Shown piece after piece: positions 10,986 through 22,194 of a stretch of DNA of 64,000 nt. Where the stretch lies: NCBI RefSeq assembly GCF_006345805.1, contig NC_043006.1, positions 64,046,001-64,110,000 of the forward strand, read 5' to 3'. The notes beneath the pieces were generated by a model, which did no database searches, was not told the DNA's origin, and worked only from the letters and a program-made list of their open reading frames with translations. Both the position numbers and the translations under genes were made by a program. Origin of the DNA: Octopus sinensis (lineage: Eukaryota). Position 1 is the stretch's first letter; every line of letters begins with the position of its first letter.

Positions 10986-11573
10986 GGGGGGGGGGCAGAA
11001 GCACTGATTTCAACAAAGACATTAAAACACTATTAAGCAACGAATGGATTAGAAGATATTTGTGCTCAACGGACACAAGACACAGAGGACGGAGACATAG
11101 GTTGGAAAGAGGTGGCCACACCTCTTCTCTACCAAAACAAAAAGAAGCGACAGAGAGAAATGTGATATCTATACGGAAACATAGAGGGCAAAGTGGATGT
11201 GATGGCGTCCAAGCCTTTCCCAACGAAATCGTCTGTATACAGCATATTTTTTACAGATTTTTAAATGAAATTCTACGATGATGTTGTTGTGACGTTCATG
11301 CTTTTTTCCAATAGGTAATACCGAAGTAGTTGGTGTACATTGACTTTTGTGCTTCCGGTTGTTTTACACCTGCTACGAAATCACGGGTTTAGAGTGAAGT
11401 CTGAGGGAGGGCGACGCTGATGACGTAGTGACGATCATGCTTTTTGTGGGGAAGTGCGTAAGCGATAAAACGTCGGAGGAGACACTGAAATTTGTCATTC
11501 ATAAATCACGAGTGAAGAAACATAAAATGTGTGCATACATATTATGTATGTATGTATATCTTATTTTTTACTG

Positions 11574-11735
11574 TTTTCGTCATTGGCTTACGACCTTTAG
11601 TCGACCAAATTGACGCCGGTACATTCCCCCACCAAATCTTGTATTTATTCTATCGGTCTCTTTTGCCGAACCGCTAGTTTACGGGGCCATAAAAAAACAA
11701 ACACTGGTTACCAAGCGTTGTGGAATATAGACAGA
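11574..11735 (-). mobile_element. SINE family B, 3' half
   Basis: TATTCTATCGGTCTCTTTTGCCGAACCGCTAG motif followed by (CA)n. Confidence 0.75.
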
Positions 11736-11736
11736 T

Positions 11737-11772
<36 letters not shown>

Positions 11773-12574
11773 CACATTGTGTGTGGTAAAGATATATTTA
11801 CGTACAATACAACATTAGTCACCGCTACAGTGTCAGTTCAATTCATGGCAGTAGCCACTGTAGACAATATACTGTATGGATTTTTTTAACGGAAACATTA
11901 CAAAAATAATTGCTTTTGAATACGTATTTATAATTTATCTTTCCTTATCATTCATATTTATCACAGATAAAGCTCACGGAGAAAGCCTCTGCGTGATCGC
12001 TCGATTAGTATGAAGGCCGGATAAAGGAAAGCTACATTGAATAAAATGTTCATTTTACAATGTAAAACAAAACAAAAAAAAAAAAAACAGGATGGTCATG
12101 GATGGAATATCTTTCGATCGTAGGTCTGTTTAATCAAGGCTGACTTGAGAGTAAACATTTCTTTCTTAAAGATTGCATAGAGTAAATTTAGCTGTCTGCA
12201 TACACGTGTGGGTTTAGTATCAAAAACTTAAGGTCTAACATTCGAAGATTACGTTTGTGCGCGCGCGTGTATAATCTGCGCGCGCAATCTTCAAAATACC
12301 GAGCGTCAGCTATTTAAGGTATAGCATGCCTGACAACACGATAGAACAATTTTTCTACCGTTTGAATTTCTTTTGTAAAACTGTTCAGTGAATAACTAAC
12401 ATTTTACTTACCAACTCCACCACCATCAGATATAATATATAAGAGAGGTGACAAAGGAATAAACGGATATCTCATGAACTCGACTGACGCTTCGTTCACC
12501 ACACTACGTATATTGAGTTCTTACACAAGGTTATTAGTATTGCAATGCCCAAGTGAAATATTAATAAATATTAA

Positions 12575-12639
12575 TATATACACACACACACACACACACA
12601 TGTATATATATATATATATACATACATATATATACACAC

Positions 12640-12684
<45 letters not shown>

Positions 12685-12727
12685 TACATATATATATATA
12701 CACACATACATACACACACATATATAC

Positions 12728-12758
<31 letters not shown>

Positions 12759-12830
12759 CACACATACATACATATATATGTATACACACACACACATACA
12801 TACATATATATATATATAAACAAATACATA
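12575..12830. repeat. Compound (TA)/(CA)/(TACA) microsatellite
   Basis: Direct reading. Confidence 0.95.
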
Positions 12831-13209
12831 CATTGTGTGTGTACGTACACACAAAATTTGTCTCAAATATAACACACACACATATATTCAGTGGATATTA
12901 CGTTACACTATATCATATCATATATCATATTACAATTTAGAGATACACATGCGCGGTGTGTACACGAAACAGAATTACCTACGGCGCATAAAATGTTAAG
13001 CCACCCCATCCCGCCCCAATGGACACTACAACGAACGATACAATTGAAGGAATCAACGAAACGAACCTTGGAGTACCAAAGCTTCCTCATGGTTTGTCTG
13101 AATCCGTAGGGAATCATAACATCAGCCATCGCTTGTAGAGAAAGGCACAAGATGTGGAATGGAATTGTTGTTCCGTGTTGTTTTTCTTAATCGAAGTCGA
13201 GGAGTGCAA

Positions 13210-13257
<48 letters not shown>

Positions 13258-14504
13258 GCACACACACCAGGGGAGCCGGGGATTAGAAAAAAAAAAGAAC
13301 TTCCAAAACGATAGATTTATGTTAGACTCTGGCTGGTGTAGCTATGGTGAACAGCTGAGGTGAGATTTGTTGTATCGAAAGCTGTAATTATGTCGGCGGT
13401 GCCGGCACCTACAGAGCTTACAATCAGCAACAGCAACAACGTTGAAGTCACTCCACCACTGCAACCCACACCCACGCTCCAACTAACCATCCATCTATCT
13501 ATCTCTGATAAACACACCGCTACGCATCATATCACACCATAACTTTCGTCATCAGCACCATTATCACGATCGCAACCACTAGCGCACTAAGTCACTCACT
13601 CACTGAAGCACTTGCTTGCTGCTAACGCGCGCATTCCGAGGATTCTGCAACAGCAGCAGCAGGAAGAGGAGGCGAAGTAATAACAATGGAAGAGCCGTCG
13701 TTTCTGTGACCTAGATTTCGCTATCACATGACACAGTCATGTGGTAGTTTTGTTTACTTCCGGTGTATCATCTTGACGCAGTGCTGCTGACTTTCTCTGC
13801 GAAATCACTTCTTCCATGACAACCAGAGAATCAACGTCCATGTTTCCACCCAGAAAGTTTTAGCATCTCCATACTACTACTACATCTTTACTTCTTCTCC
13901 TTCAGTTGCTTAATTTTTTTTTTCTTGTATCGTTATTCCCTATTCCTAGTTTTTTTTTTCTGTTTTCTACACGCATTGTCTCTAATGTGGCCCCTTGTGG
14001 CCAATAAAGGTAACAGCAAAAAACCACCACTGCTGCTGCTACAGTGCATATGTGATATCACCAGATATACGCAACTCCCCTTATACTATGTTATATATCT
14101 AGGTGTGTTGCTGCTGCTACTACTATTCCAAAAACAATAACAACAAATACTTCAATTTTGTATGCAATGCATCTGTCTGAAGCTGCTACCAGTAGCTAGG
14201 AGGATGCAGCGAACGCTATAGAAAACACAAAACAGCTTATTCGGCAACTAGTCGGCATAGAAGACAGGTTTCGATCCTTTCTTATGAGGTTCATAGTATT
14301 TGGGAAAAGTGCGAATATCACAGCTTCCCCTTGCCGTATTCTCCCTCCGTGTGTAACTCCTAACTCCGCCCATTTATAAAGCAATTTAAAAAAATTATTT
14401 TATATAGTTATAAAGAGAGGTGCAACGGCAACTGTAAGACTTACAGGCCCTGAGTGCATACTGACATATGATGATAGGTACTTCAGCCATACCTATATTT
14501 TTTA

Positions 14505-14612
14505 AAGCATAATGTACCTAGGACTACGTTATCGTGTATGTCCTTCCCTTTTCAAGACGGTGTGGATGTAAGACACGTTTGGGTGATATTTCTAGCAGAT
14601 CGTCAGACCACG
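14505..14612 (-). mobile_element. Repeat family D copy
   Basis: CTAGGACTACGTTATC...GTCCTTCC...AAGACGGT...ATATTTCTAGCAG is the reverse complement of family D. Confidence 0.55.
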
Positions 14613-14867
14613 TCTCGTATAGAAACATGTAAGTTCCTTGTTACTCTCGGTAAAATACGATAAAAGAATGATCAGAAATGTGGAGAAATCACATTGGTAG
14701 CTAAGCTACCGGCTTCTTTGCCTCTACATTACATCGTTGTCACACTTCAGTCACAAGACCGCCACACCACTTTTAAGTAATCGAAATTTACCAAACTTTG
14801 GTGACGTTCATATCTTTCCTAAGAACATTCGTAAGAACGTAGAGACAATGAAAGAAATTTAGGTTGA

Positions 14868-15030
14868 ATCACTCCGTTGGCTAGAAATAGTAGCCAAAAA
14901 CCGTTAAAACTACCCTTTACTGTCTTAAATCCATGAAAACACATCGGTTAATGCATAAATACAAGATGGTCACCGCTGGAATCTCATAGGTTTGCTCAAT
15001 CAAGGCTGACTCGGGGAGGGGTAGATAGCA
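14868..15030 (+). mobile_element. Repeat family D copy
   Basis: GCTAGAAATAGTAGCCAAA...GATGGTCACCGCTGGAA...CATAGGTTTGCTCAATCAAGGCTGAC. Confidence 0.6.
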
Positions 15031-15121
15031 ACAACCTCCTAATCCAGCTCAGCTCAACAAATAACCAACACAACAGCATATTACAATTCGCTAATACGCT
15101 CCTTTTCACACATACGTTGAA

Positions 15122-15154
<33 letters not shown>

Positions 15155-15364
15155 ACACGCACACACACACAGAATCCAATTTCCGCTTATGCTTAGTAAG
15201 AGGGGAGATAATCCGTAAATCTTATTCGTAGGCACATAGTTCTCTACTTCCGTTTTATTTTTAGCACAATTTCTAACGCCTAGTAAACAAGATATTTTAC
15301 TCGCAAGTAACAACAGCTCAAATCAACTCCCCATATCTCTCTCTCTCTCCGAGAAACAAATTTT

Positions 15365-15532
15365 TAGCGGTATTTCTTCCGGCACTTTACGCTCTGAGCT
15401 CAAATCTCACCGAAATCGACTTTCCTTTTCACATTTTCGAGGTCGATAAAATAAAGTACCAGTCAAATTATATTACAATCAACTATTCCCTTGCAGCAAA
15501 TGCCTGGTTTTCGACGTATATTAGAAGCATTA
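15365..15532 (+). mobile_element. SINE family A, decayed
   Basis: TAGCGGTATTTC...CTGAGCTCAAATC...GTCGATAAAATAAAGTACCAGT. Confidence 0.75.
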
Positions 15533-15711
15533 TAATGTCAGCTAATGTCTATGCTGATTATACGTTATTACACACACACACACACACACACAAACACACG
15601 TACACACGCAATATGGCTACTATACATTGTGTGTGTGTGTTATATAATACATTCGAATATATGCTTGTAACATATGCTGTACAGGAGGCTGTTTTCTCTC
15701 TCTCTCTCCTC

Positions 15712-15742
<31 letters not shown>

Positions 15743-15872
15743 ATATATATATATATATATTATATATATATATATAAACATACACACACACATAAGTGCA
15801 AAACAAGGTGGGGAATAGTACTCGAATACCAAAGGTAGAGAACTATGATTATATTAAAGCTGCAAAATTTTC

Positions 15873-15922
<50 letters not shown>

Positions 15923-16137
15923 CTATATATATATTTCTGTTGATTCCCCGAAACAGAAAGCGCTATATAAAAATTCTAACTAAAATTCTAACTAAAATAA
16001 TCCGTCGCTATAATGCGGTTCACCAATCGCGGTTTATTATTTAAGCTCACGTCGATTCCTCCGTGGTGTTGTTTTGCATTTATGATAAAATAAATATATA
16101 CAAATTATAAAAATACTAATAATAAAAATATACAGTA

Positions 16138-16220
16138 CAGTAGTTTCTACTTCATGGACTTTCACCTATCACTGGAGGCGGGGCTGGAACGTAACACTCA
16201 CGATAGTCGAGGGATTACTG
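16138..16220 (-). mobile_element. Tigger/pogo-like mini-MITE
   Basis: Flanked by TA on both sides; the right end GGAACGTAACACTCACGATAGTCGAGGGATTACTG is the reverse complement of the left end of the 61780 MITE. Confidence 0.65.
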
Positions 16221-16454
16221 TACCTCTTTTCTAATATACAAAATTCGTACACCACTTCAAACAATCTTCACACACACACACCACACCACACTTCTGTGTG
16301 TGTGTGTGTGTGTGTGTAGCTATATATCTATATATATAATAGGTGAATAAAATATGAGTAATAGTAGAGGTACAGGTGTACCTCTACTGTTCCTAATTTA
16401 TATTTCATTCACCTGTCTCGGAATCTGCCCTTCGTAAATATTATGGACTGTCTA

Positions 16455-17013
16455 GGCACAAGCGTGGCTGTGTGGTAAGAAGTTTGCTTACCAACTACAT
16501 GGTTCCGGGTTCAGGCCTACTGCGTGGAACCTTGGGCAAGTGTGAGCCTCGGACCAACCAAAGCCTTGTGAGTGGATATGGTTGATGGAAACTGAAAGAA
16601 GCCCTGGAGGTGCAGATGAGGGCAGCTGCATCAAACTCTCTCATGCACCAAATGTCAATTGCTAAAAAGCATTCGTGAAGTAAAATTATGTAGTAACACC
16701 AAATGGCGGTGCGCCAGCAGGGCCACAGCTCGCGAGCTGAAACTAGATGAAATAAAAATATAAAAATAAAAAAAAATGTGTGTGTGTGTGTGGTGTGTGT
16801 GTGTGTGTGTGTGTGTATTTGTGTTTATCTTTCCATCATCGCTTGACAACTGATGCTGGTGTGTTTACGTACCCGTAGCATAGCGGTTCGGCAAAAGTGT
16901 ACGATAGAATAAGTACTAGGCTTGCAAAGAATAATCCCTGGGGACGATTTGCTCGACTAAAAGGCGGTGCTCCAGCATGGCCACAGTCAAATGACTGAAA
17001 CAAGTAAAAGAAT
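16455..17013 (+). mobile_element. SINE family B, full length, with a nested insertion at 16605-16776
   Basis: tRNA-like head GCGTGGCTGTGTGGTAAGAAG...GGTTCAGGCC, central microsatellite, tail GGCGGTGCTCCAGCATGGCCACAGTCAAATGACTGAAACAAGTAAAAG. Confidence 0.9.
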
Positions 17014-17226
17014 CAACAGTACATTTAACATAATACACATGTCAGAATGACTCAAGAGCAGATTTCTCCATTCAGCTGGGTCTAATTGTCTACACTGCAA
17101 GAATATCATTCGGCCGGTACTTATGTGCCAAGTTTGACATTTACTTAACATTGTTGTATGTGGATATTATTCCCACCTATTGATGTTCCTCAATTTAAGT
17201 TCATAATTCAACTGAATCTTACTCAG

Positions 17227-17586
17227 ATGATGGATGGGTGCTATACGAGAATGCTGATGATGGCTCTGAACATTAATCAGTATACACTGAGGATGAAGAA
17301 CTCAGAGCTGAACGAGAGCCTCCAAACAGTTAGCTGGGAAATAACACAGAGGAGACTGAGATTAGCTGGACATGCTGACAATCATTCAGAGTTGATACTG
17401 CACTCAGCGCTCCTGTGGCAGCCCCTGCATAGACACACTAAAAGAGGGAGACCTAGGATGGCATATGTTGATGCCCTCAGAACAGACAATGGTCTCTGGG
17501 AGACACAGGACATGGTAGCGATGATGAGGGACAAAGACCGCTGGAGAGAACTCGTCCATGGATCTCGGCAATTTTACCCGCTCTAG
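17227..17586 (+). mobile_element. RTE-clade LINE 3' end (reverse transcriptase C-terminal region)
   Basis: ORF reads MDGCYTRML...QRRLRLAGH...LLWQP...[15 protein letters not shown]...[11 protein letters not shown], typical of the RTE ORF end; followed by (AGAC)n(AGAT)n. Confidence 0.85.
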
Positions 17587-17588
17587 AC

Positions 17589-17629
<41 letters not shown>

Positions 17630-17638
17630 TAGACAGAC

Positions 17639-17703
<65 letters not shown>
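17586..17703. repeat. (AGAC)n-(AGAT)n microsatellite
   Basis: Direct reading. Confidence 0.95.
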
Positions 17704-18157
17704 TTTGCCTAATTCTACTTTTATCCTTTTATGTGTGTGCGTGTTTGTGTATGTGTGTGCGCAAGCGTGTGTGTGAAGTTATAAATATTGCTTGATTTAA
17801 CACCCTTCTTACGTCAGAAATGTTTCATTTCGCCCCCCGCACCCCAACCGAAACCCGTAATATTATCAACATTAATGCCATCAGTATGAGAATTTAAAAT
17901 CCCAAAGTGAATTACATTTAAGTTGCTGATCTCTTCTCGCTACTAAAATGGATAATAATTCACCCTGCTTTCCATTCACACGTACAAACACACACACACA
18001 CAGAATGCTAAAGTGCATTTTCAGTTCATATTGCCTACGATCAATAAACATTGCTCTGTTTCCAGAATGCTTAATTTACCATAACTGGTTGCACGGCACC
18101 TATACGCTACATGTGTGTGTGTGAGCGCGCGCCTGGTTCGCATGCTATCTCTCTCTC

Positions 18158-18191
<34 letters not shown>

Positions 18192-18247
18192 TATATATAA
18201 GAAAAGTAGATAATAAAGGAATAAACGATTATCTTATGAATTTCATA

Positions 18248-18328
18248 GGCTTACAGCTGTTTCTGATATAAGATGCAGTGTTCTCATAGTTGAGTGCGTG
18301 AATAAAACCATACAGCTTCATCAGAGCC
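18248..18328 (-). ncRNA. Type I hammerhead ribozyme motif with long stem II
   Basis: Minus strand GGCT-CTGATGA-(54-nt domain II, weakly paired)-GAAA-CAGCTG-TA-AGCC: intact core, palindromic stem III ACAGCUGU, GUA triplet, 4-bp stem I. Confidence 0.65.
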
Positions 18329-18368
18329 ACGAATAAGAAGCGCATTTTAATTTCAGGAAAAGGATTAC

Positions 18369-18410
<42 letters not shown>

Positions 18411-18519
18411 TAATATTAATAATAATAATATGACAACAAATGAATGAATGAGACCTCGATATTATATAATTTAGAGGAATTTATCTATAAATATAATATG
18501 TGACAATTAGTTGGTTGTT

Positions 18520-18584
18520 TTAATAAAACTCAGAGTTTCGGATGCCGGGGCTGAAGTCTGCTCACGCATCTCATCAGTTATTAA
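18520..18584 (-). ncRNA. Type I hammerhead ribozyme motif, near intact
   Basis: Minus strand TTAATAA-CTGATGA-GATGC..GCATC-c-GAAA-CTCtGAG-TT-TTATTAA: 7-bp stem I, 5-bp stem II plus one extra C, GUU triplet. Confidence 0.75.
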
Positions 18585-18638
18585 GACAAAGCGCTATCTA
18601 GCAGACTTCAACCCCGGTATCCGAAACTCCGAGTTTTA
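18524..18638. repeat. 39-bp inverted repeat (36/39 identical)
   Basis: Arms at 18524-18562 and 18600-18638. Confidence 0.9.
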
Positions 18639-18749
18639 CTATGACAACTGTCATATATATATATATATAATATATATACTAGAACCTTCCCAGAGTAATA
18701 AAAATCTTTCAAGCCAAATTTGGTACAGATTGATCCAGAGGAAACGCGC

Positions 18750-19146
18750 GCGCAAACGGTTTACTATTAAGAAACTCGCCTTGCAACCATGTGGTTTCGG
18801 ATGTAGGTCCACTGCGTGGAAACTTGCACAGCTGTCTTCTACCATAGCCTCAGGCCAACCAATACCTTGTGAGTGAACACGGTAGAGGGAAACGGCGTGG
18901 AACCCGTCGTATAAATATACATACATATATGTGTGTATTTGTGCTATGTGTGTGTGTGCGCGCGTCTGCCCCCCTCCATCACAATGCCGGACAGTAGGTG
19001 TTAGTTATTTACGTACCCGTAAGGTAGCGGTTCGGCAAAACTGACCAACAGAATAAACACCAGACTTTGGAGTTGATTTCTTAGACTAAACCTTTGAAGG
19101 CGGTGTCCTAGTATGGCCGCAATCCAATGAATGAAACAAGAAAGAT
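18750..19146 (+). mobile_element. SINE family B, full length, decayed
   Basis: Head, TCTTCTACCATAGCCTC body, central microsatellite and GGCGGTGTCCTAGTATGGCCGC tail. Confidence 0.85.
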
Positions 19147-19994
19147 AACATTCATTAGAGAGATTTGGGAACAAAGCACACTCGTGATGTACGGAATATG
19201 GTTTTGTACCGAATCCACATCTATTCATTGATTACTGGTTTAACAACTGCTACAAAACAGTGTGTGTGCGCGTATGTTTATGTGTGTGAGGGAGACAGCT
19301 AGACAGATATTCTTCCTTCAGGTGCATAGAAAAGAATGTAAAGAAATTATCATGTTATGTCCGGTACCTAAAATAAAAAAGGGATTTCAAGAAAGATCAT
19401 TGTGTGACCTATAACATAAAAGAAGGGAAATCAAAGATGCGATCGACGTACATCTGAGAAGAGCCTTATACTTAAAAATCTTCACTGTCGTACTGATCCA
19501 TCTAAACACGAGGTCTGAGATTTCAAGGAATGCCGCTACTTCAGTATTTCAGTATAATACATATAACACACACACGCACGCACGCACGCGCGTGCGTATT
19601 AATTAATGACACTTTGATTCAGCCTCAAGAGTTTCGTATGCTGGTCAGTGAACCTGATGAATTCTGCCAGGCCAAAAAATGCCCATGGAAAACCATAAGT
19701 ATGTATGTGCGCTTGTGCACTGAGGCAGAATTGATTATCTTTCTAAAAAGAACTTCAGTTATTATTTTTAAATCATTTTTTAACTTTTATTTTATTTCCC
19801 TTTTTTTCTTTTTTCTTCTTGTAAAGCTTTGCTACTGTGCTTATTCCAACAATACAGAGTCTCCTTTTACATAGCCTGCACCTAACTTGGATATCTGCTT
19901 TCTATTATGAAACTAATGAATTCAAGTACTTACAGAATTATCACACTTATCAAATATTCTAACACTGACCCAGTTTCCATGGCGTGAATGACTG

Positions 19995-20190
19995 ATGCTA
20001 GAATATTCCTGAATGGGATGCCGGTTGGTCGCAGGGTTAATTTCCCAGCTATTGCTGGAACACACTCACTGCTGAACGGATCGCAGCAACGTGAAATGAA
20101 ATGTTTTGCTCAAGAACTCAACGCCTCACCCGCTTCGGAGATGGAAAACACTAACGATCGTAAGCACAACACTCAGACCTGTAAGGTCTG
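19995..20190 (-). mobile_element. SINE family C, decayed
   Basis: GCAACGTGAAATGAAATGTTTTGCTCAAGAAC shared with 44003-44263. Confidence 0.65.
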
Positions 20191-20279
20191 TCTGTTATGA
20201 CTCAAAGATTCGCAAGGTCGAGAATTAACCTGGTTTACATAGCGTGTAAGTGACCGAGGTTATAACACTTACTACTGAA

Positions 20280-20415
20280 CGGGACAACCTTCTGTTACAG
20301 GGTTAACATTGCAGCTTTCGCTAGGACATGTTTGCAGCCCAATAGACTTGGGCAACGTGAAATGAAGAGCATTGCTCATAAATCTTATGATCATGACCAC
20401 TAAGCCAAGCGCCTT
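20280..20415 (-). mobile_element. SINE family C, decayed and deleted
   Basis: GGCAACGTGAAATGAAG...GACCACTAAGCCAAGCGCC. Confidence 0.55.
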
Positions 20416-20448
20416 CTAACCAGTCACATTAATATATAGGTAAACATC

Positions 20449-20658
20449 GGCGGCGAGCTGGCAGAATCATTAGCACGCTGGACGAAATGCTTAGCGGTAT
20501 TTCGCCTGTCGCTACGCTCTGAGTTCAAATTCCGCCGAGGTCGACTTTGCCTTTCATCCTTTCGGGGTCGATAAAATAAGTACCAGTTGATTACTGGGTC
20601 GATGTAATTGACTCATCCCTCCCCCCAGCCAAGCTGCCCTGGTGAAAAAATTTGAAAT
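20449..20658 (+). mobile_element. SINE family A, full monomer
   Basis: GGCGGCGAGCTGGCAGAATC (box A-like), GAGTTCAAATTCC (box B-like), body and AATTTGAAA tail. Confidence 0.92.
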
Positions 20659-21871
20659 ACTATGTACGTGAATATTCGTAGAAAACTCACTAGAATATTA
20701 GGGAGCCCTATAATCTACGATGCTGTACATAAAAGCATGGAAAAACGTACCGGGTTGGAGAGCATGAAAGGAGTAGGTTTCCTTGGCTCTTGCCATCCCT
20801 GCTTAATCTATATTGCTTATAGAAGAGGGGGTAGAGAGCTCAAAAACAATGGTCAATTTTATAGGTGGGTTGTTACTAAGCTGTGCCATCTAGTTACGGC
20901 CAGGTGACTTGGATCATTTCCGAGTTAGTGCCTTCTTTGGACACAGCACTGTGTTACTAGCAGTGTACGAAAGAAAAAAAAAACCTTGTTGTCTGGTAAC
21001 GTCTTAAATTTACTCACTCTTTCTCCTTTTTGCTCTCGCTCACTCACTTTAGCATATAATTATATAAATATTAATATGTATGAATATTTAAATTCATATG
21101 CATACATATGCAAGAATATATATTACAAACACACACGATATGTATTCATAAGCGTTTGTACACTAATAACTATATATATATATGTGTGTGTGTGTATATA
21201 TATATATACAAGCATTGGTGTGTTTGTTCAGCTACATACGAACATTAATGCTACAGATCGAGTTATTTTCGTGCTACTCTCAGGGGGAAAGTAGGAAGGA
21301 GGGTGTTTAGAAATCGATATAAATTGATTTATCATCTTGTGTTCGGTGTTATTTAGCTAATCGCTTGCGCGCGCACACATGCTAACGCACACACGCACGG
21401 GCTCGCGCACACAAACACACACGTAAGCATAAATACATACAACACCAGGAGCGTCATCGCCAATATATTTCATACGTCGAATTCTCTCCTACCACCATCA
21501 TCACGACCACAACATTCATATCATCATCATCATCATCATCATCATCGATAACACCCTTATATGTCATCACTTCGACATCCTACCGTATCATGATTATCAT
21601 TACCAACAACAACTAGCAGAACACAAATTATGATATATATCCAGGATATTGGTGCCTGGTTTCTAAGCGTCCCATTGGCTGCAACGACCTTCTAGGTGAA
21701 TTAAAGTACTTGTGGATCGGGAGTAAAAGCAAAACAGCGTAATCACCACAACCACCACCATCCCCGCAACCTCCTCCACCACCATCATTGTCGTCTCGTC
21801 GTCGTAAGCAGCATCAGTATCGTTAACGTCACCATCGCAGCCAACAGGAAGCCTCTGCAAGCTCGCTCGAA

Positions 21872-22040
21872 TTTCTGAAAATGGCAGTCAAATCTTGCTC
21901 AAGTACACTCCACTGTGGTTCATTCAATAAGGACATAAGAGAAAGAAAAATAAAAGGAGGAATAAGAAAAGACAGGATAGTCGCGACTGGACTACTTTTG
22001 ATCATAGGTTTGTCGATAAGGCAGGTCTGACCTTCGTCCA
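21872..22040 (+). mobile_element. Repeat family D copy, decayed
   Basis: GAAAATGGCAGTCAAATC...CTTTTGATCATAGGTTTG. Confidence 0.45.
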
Positions 22041-22194
22041 AAAGAACCCAGATTTTTCTTAGCGAACCCCAAAATCCAATTATGAAATTCAAATTTAGAA
22101 AACTGAACTGTCCCCGCCTTGCCCCTCATCCTGGTCTTGTAAACGTGAATAATGTTGTTGGTGGAGTCTTTTACCTTATGTCGTTTGTTTGTTG

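Noticed and set aside
12440-12560. Region resembling the flank of the 18248 hammerhead element
   Set aside because: Core boxes are too decayed (CTAATAA, GAAGCGTC) to call.
12474-12881. Long ORFs of IYIY/HTHT/VCVC/ERER type here and at 23823-24382, 49593-50816, 53771-54506 and elsewhere
   Set aside because: They are translations of di- and tetranucleotide microsatellites, open in several frames and on both strands; no coding signal.
13317-13517. Minus-strand ORF with a signal-peptide-like LLLLLIVSS stretch
   Set aside because: The hydrophobic run comes from a CAG/CAA repeat; the ORF is short, ends in a stop and has no recognisable homology.
20449-20540. tRNA-like heads with box A and box B in SINE families A, B and C
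   Set aside because: No cloverleaf or acceptor stem, and each continues into a SINE body; these are not tRNA genes.
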